NCBI GenBank assembly: GCA_000934665.2
Contig: JYFJ02000810.1
Location: 62,001 to 107,659 of the forward strand
Source: Catajapyx aquilonaris
Lineage: Eukaryota
DNA length: 45,659 nucleotides
Direction: 5' to 3'
The position numbers and the translations under genes are program-made. How positions within the stretch are numbered: position 1 is the first letter of the stretch; each line of letters opens with the position of its first letter. The notes beneath the pieces were generated by a model that was not told where the DNA came from, made no database searches, and saw only the letters and a list, made by a program, of their open reading frames with translations. Positions 44,997-45,659 of the stretch are shown in pieces.

Positions 44997-45659
44997 GTCG
45001 AGTTGGCGGACGACTCTGACTCTCGCTGGCTGAAAATGTACCTCTGCACCACTTATAGTCCGGGTGCTAAGGGAAATGACTTTGCGTTTTGTGATAAAAG
45101 CATGACACTCGGTACTCTCGCTCTTTGGGCCTTTCTGAACATATCTGGACGTGGAGCAACAATACCTGACCCTGCGGGTCACGCGTATTGCGGGTTGTCT
45201 ACCAGCAAGGGGGTGTTCCCTTTCACCCGCTGCACCAGGTGAACGGTTAACGTTAGGTCACTGGTTCCTTCGTTATTATGGTCTACATACTATGAGGATT
45301 AAACATTGTCACGAGTACGTTGGTCGTATTTGCTTAAATTAGCGTGCAAACTGCCACAAGGTGATTTTTTGTAAGGTAAGTTTAGGAGTTACGGTCTTTT
45401 ACTGGTCACTGAGGCATTTTATGAGGAAAAGCTTTAAATAAAAAGTGCGTAAAACACCTTTATTAATTATAATGATCTCTACGGGTTCTTTCCTCCGAGG
45501 AATATTTACGGTGCTACGGAGGATCGAACCCCATCTGCGCGCGTGCAGGCTGCGATGGGGGAATCGGTCTGAGGCCGCGCGCGCTCACTCGGCGCTCTCA
45601 AATGCCTTTGCATTTTAGGATATAAGCATGAAACTCACAGTCACTCGTACTTGTCACTT

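Noticed and set aside
45505..45600. tRNA/SINE on the - strand (B box GGTTCGATCC at 45521-45530)
   Set aside because: No convincing A box or cloverleaf; probably a repeat fragment but not definable here.

Overview
Eukaryotic, intron-rich invertebrate genomic DNA, most likely arthropod (inferred from the MBD-R2-type gene and the CTL family). Gene models were rebuilt by hand from GT-AG splice sites. In order: the 5' end of INTS4 (- strand); a GC/CpG-rich divergent promoter; a 10-exon PHF20/MBD-R2 gene (+; Tudor-Tudor-MBD-C2H2-PHD) whose introns carry several MITEs and a young V-domain-type tRNA SINE; three compact - strand genes (secreted coiled-coil C-type lectin, GNAT diamine acetyltransferase, SLC16/MCT transporter); an uncharacterised 197-aa membrane protein; a 15-exon secreted, probably GPI-anchored ~822-aa protein; and a tandem array of four phospholipid scramblases interrupted by a 1.5-kb long-TIR element lying inside a tRNA-like sequence. 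The most interesting signals are three. The ~822-aa protein appears to join a PGLYRP2-N-terminal-like domain to a VWA-like domain. Scramblase copy 4 has lost its intron-1 donor and absorbed the intron in frame, and copy 3 has a +1 frameshift that retention of intron 2 would cancel. The long-TIR element has ends that resemble and can base-pair with the tRNA-like sequence it sits in. There is no prokaryotic system or CRISPR array. All family calls are from motif recognition, not database searches.
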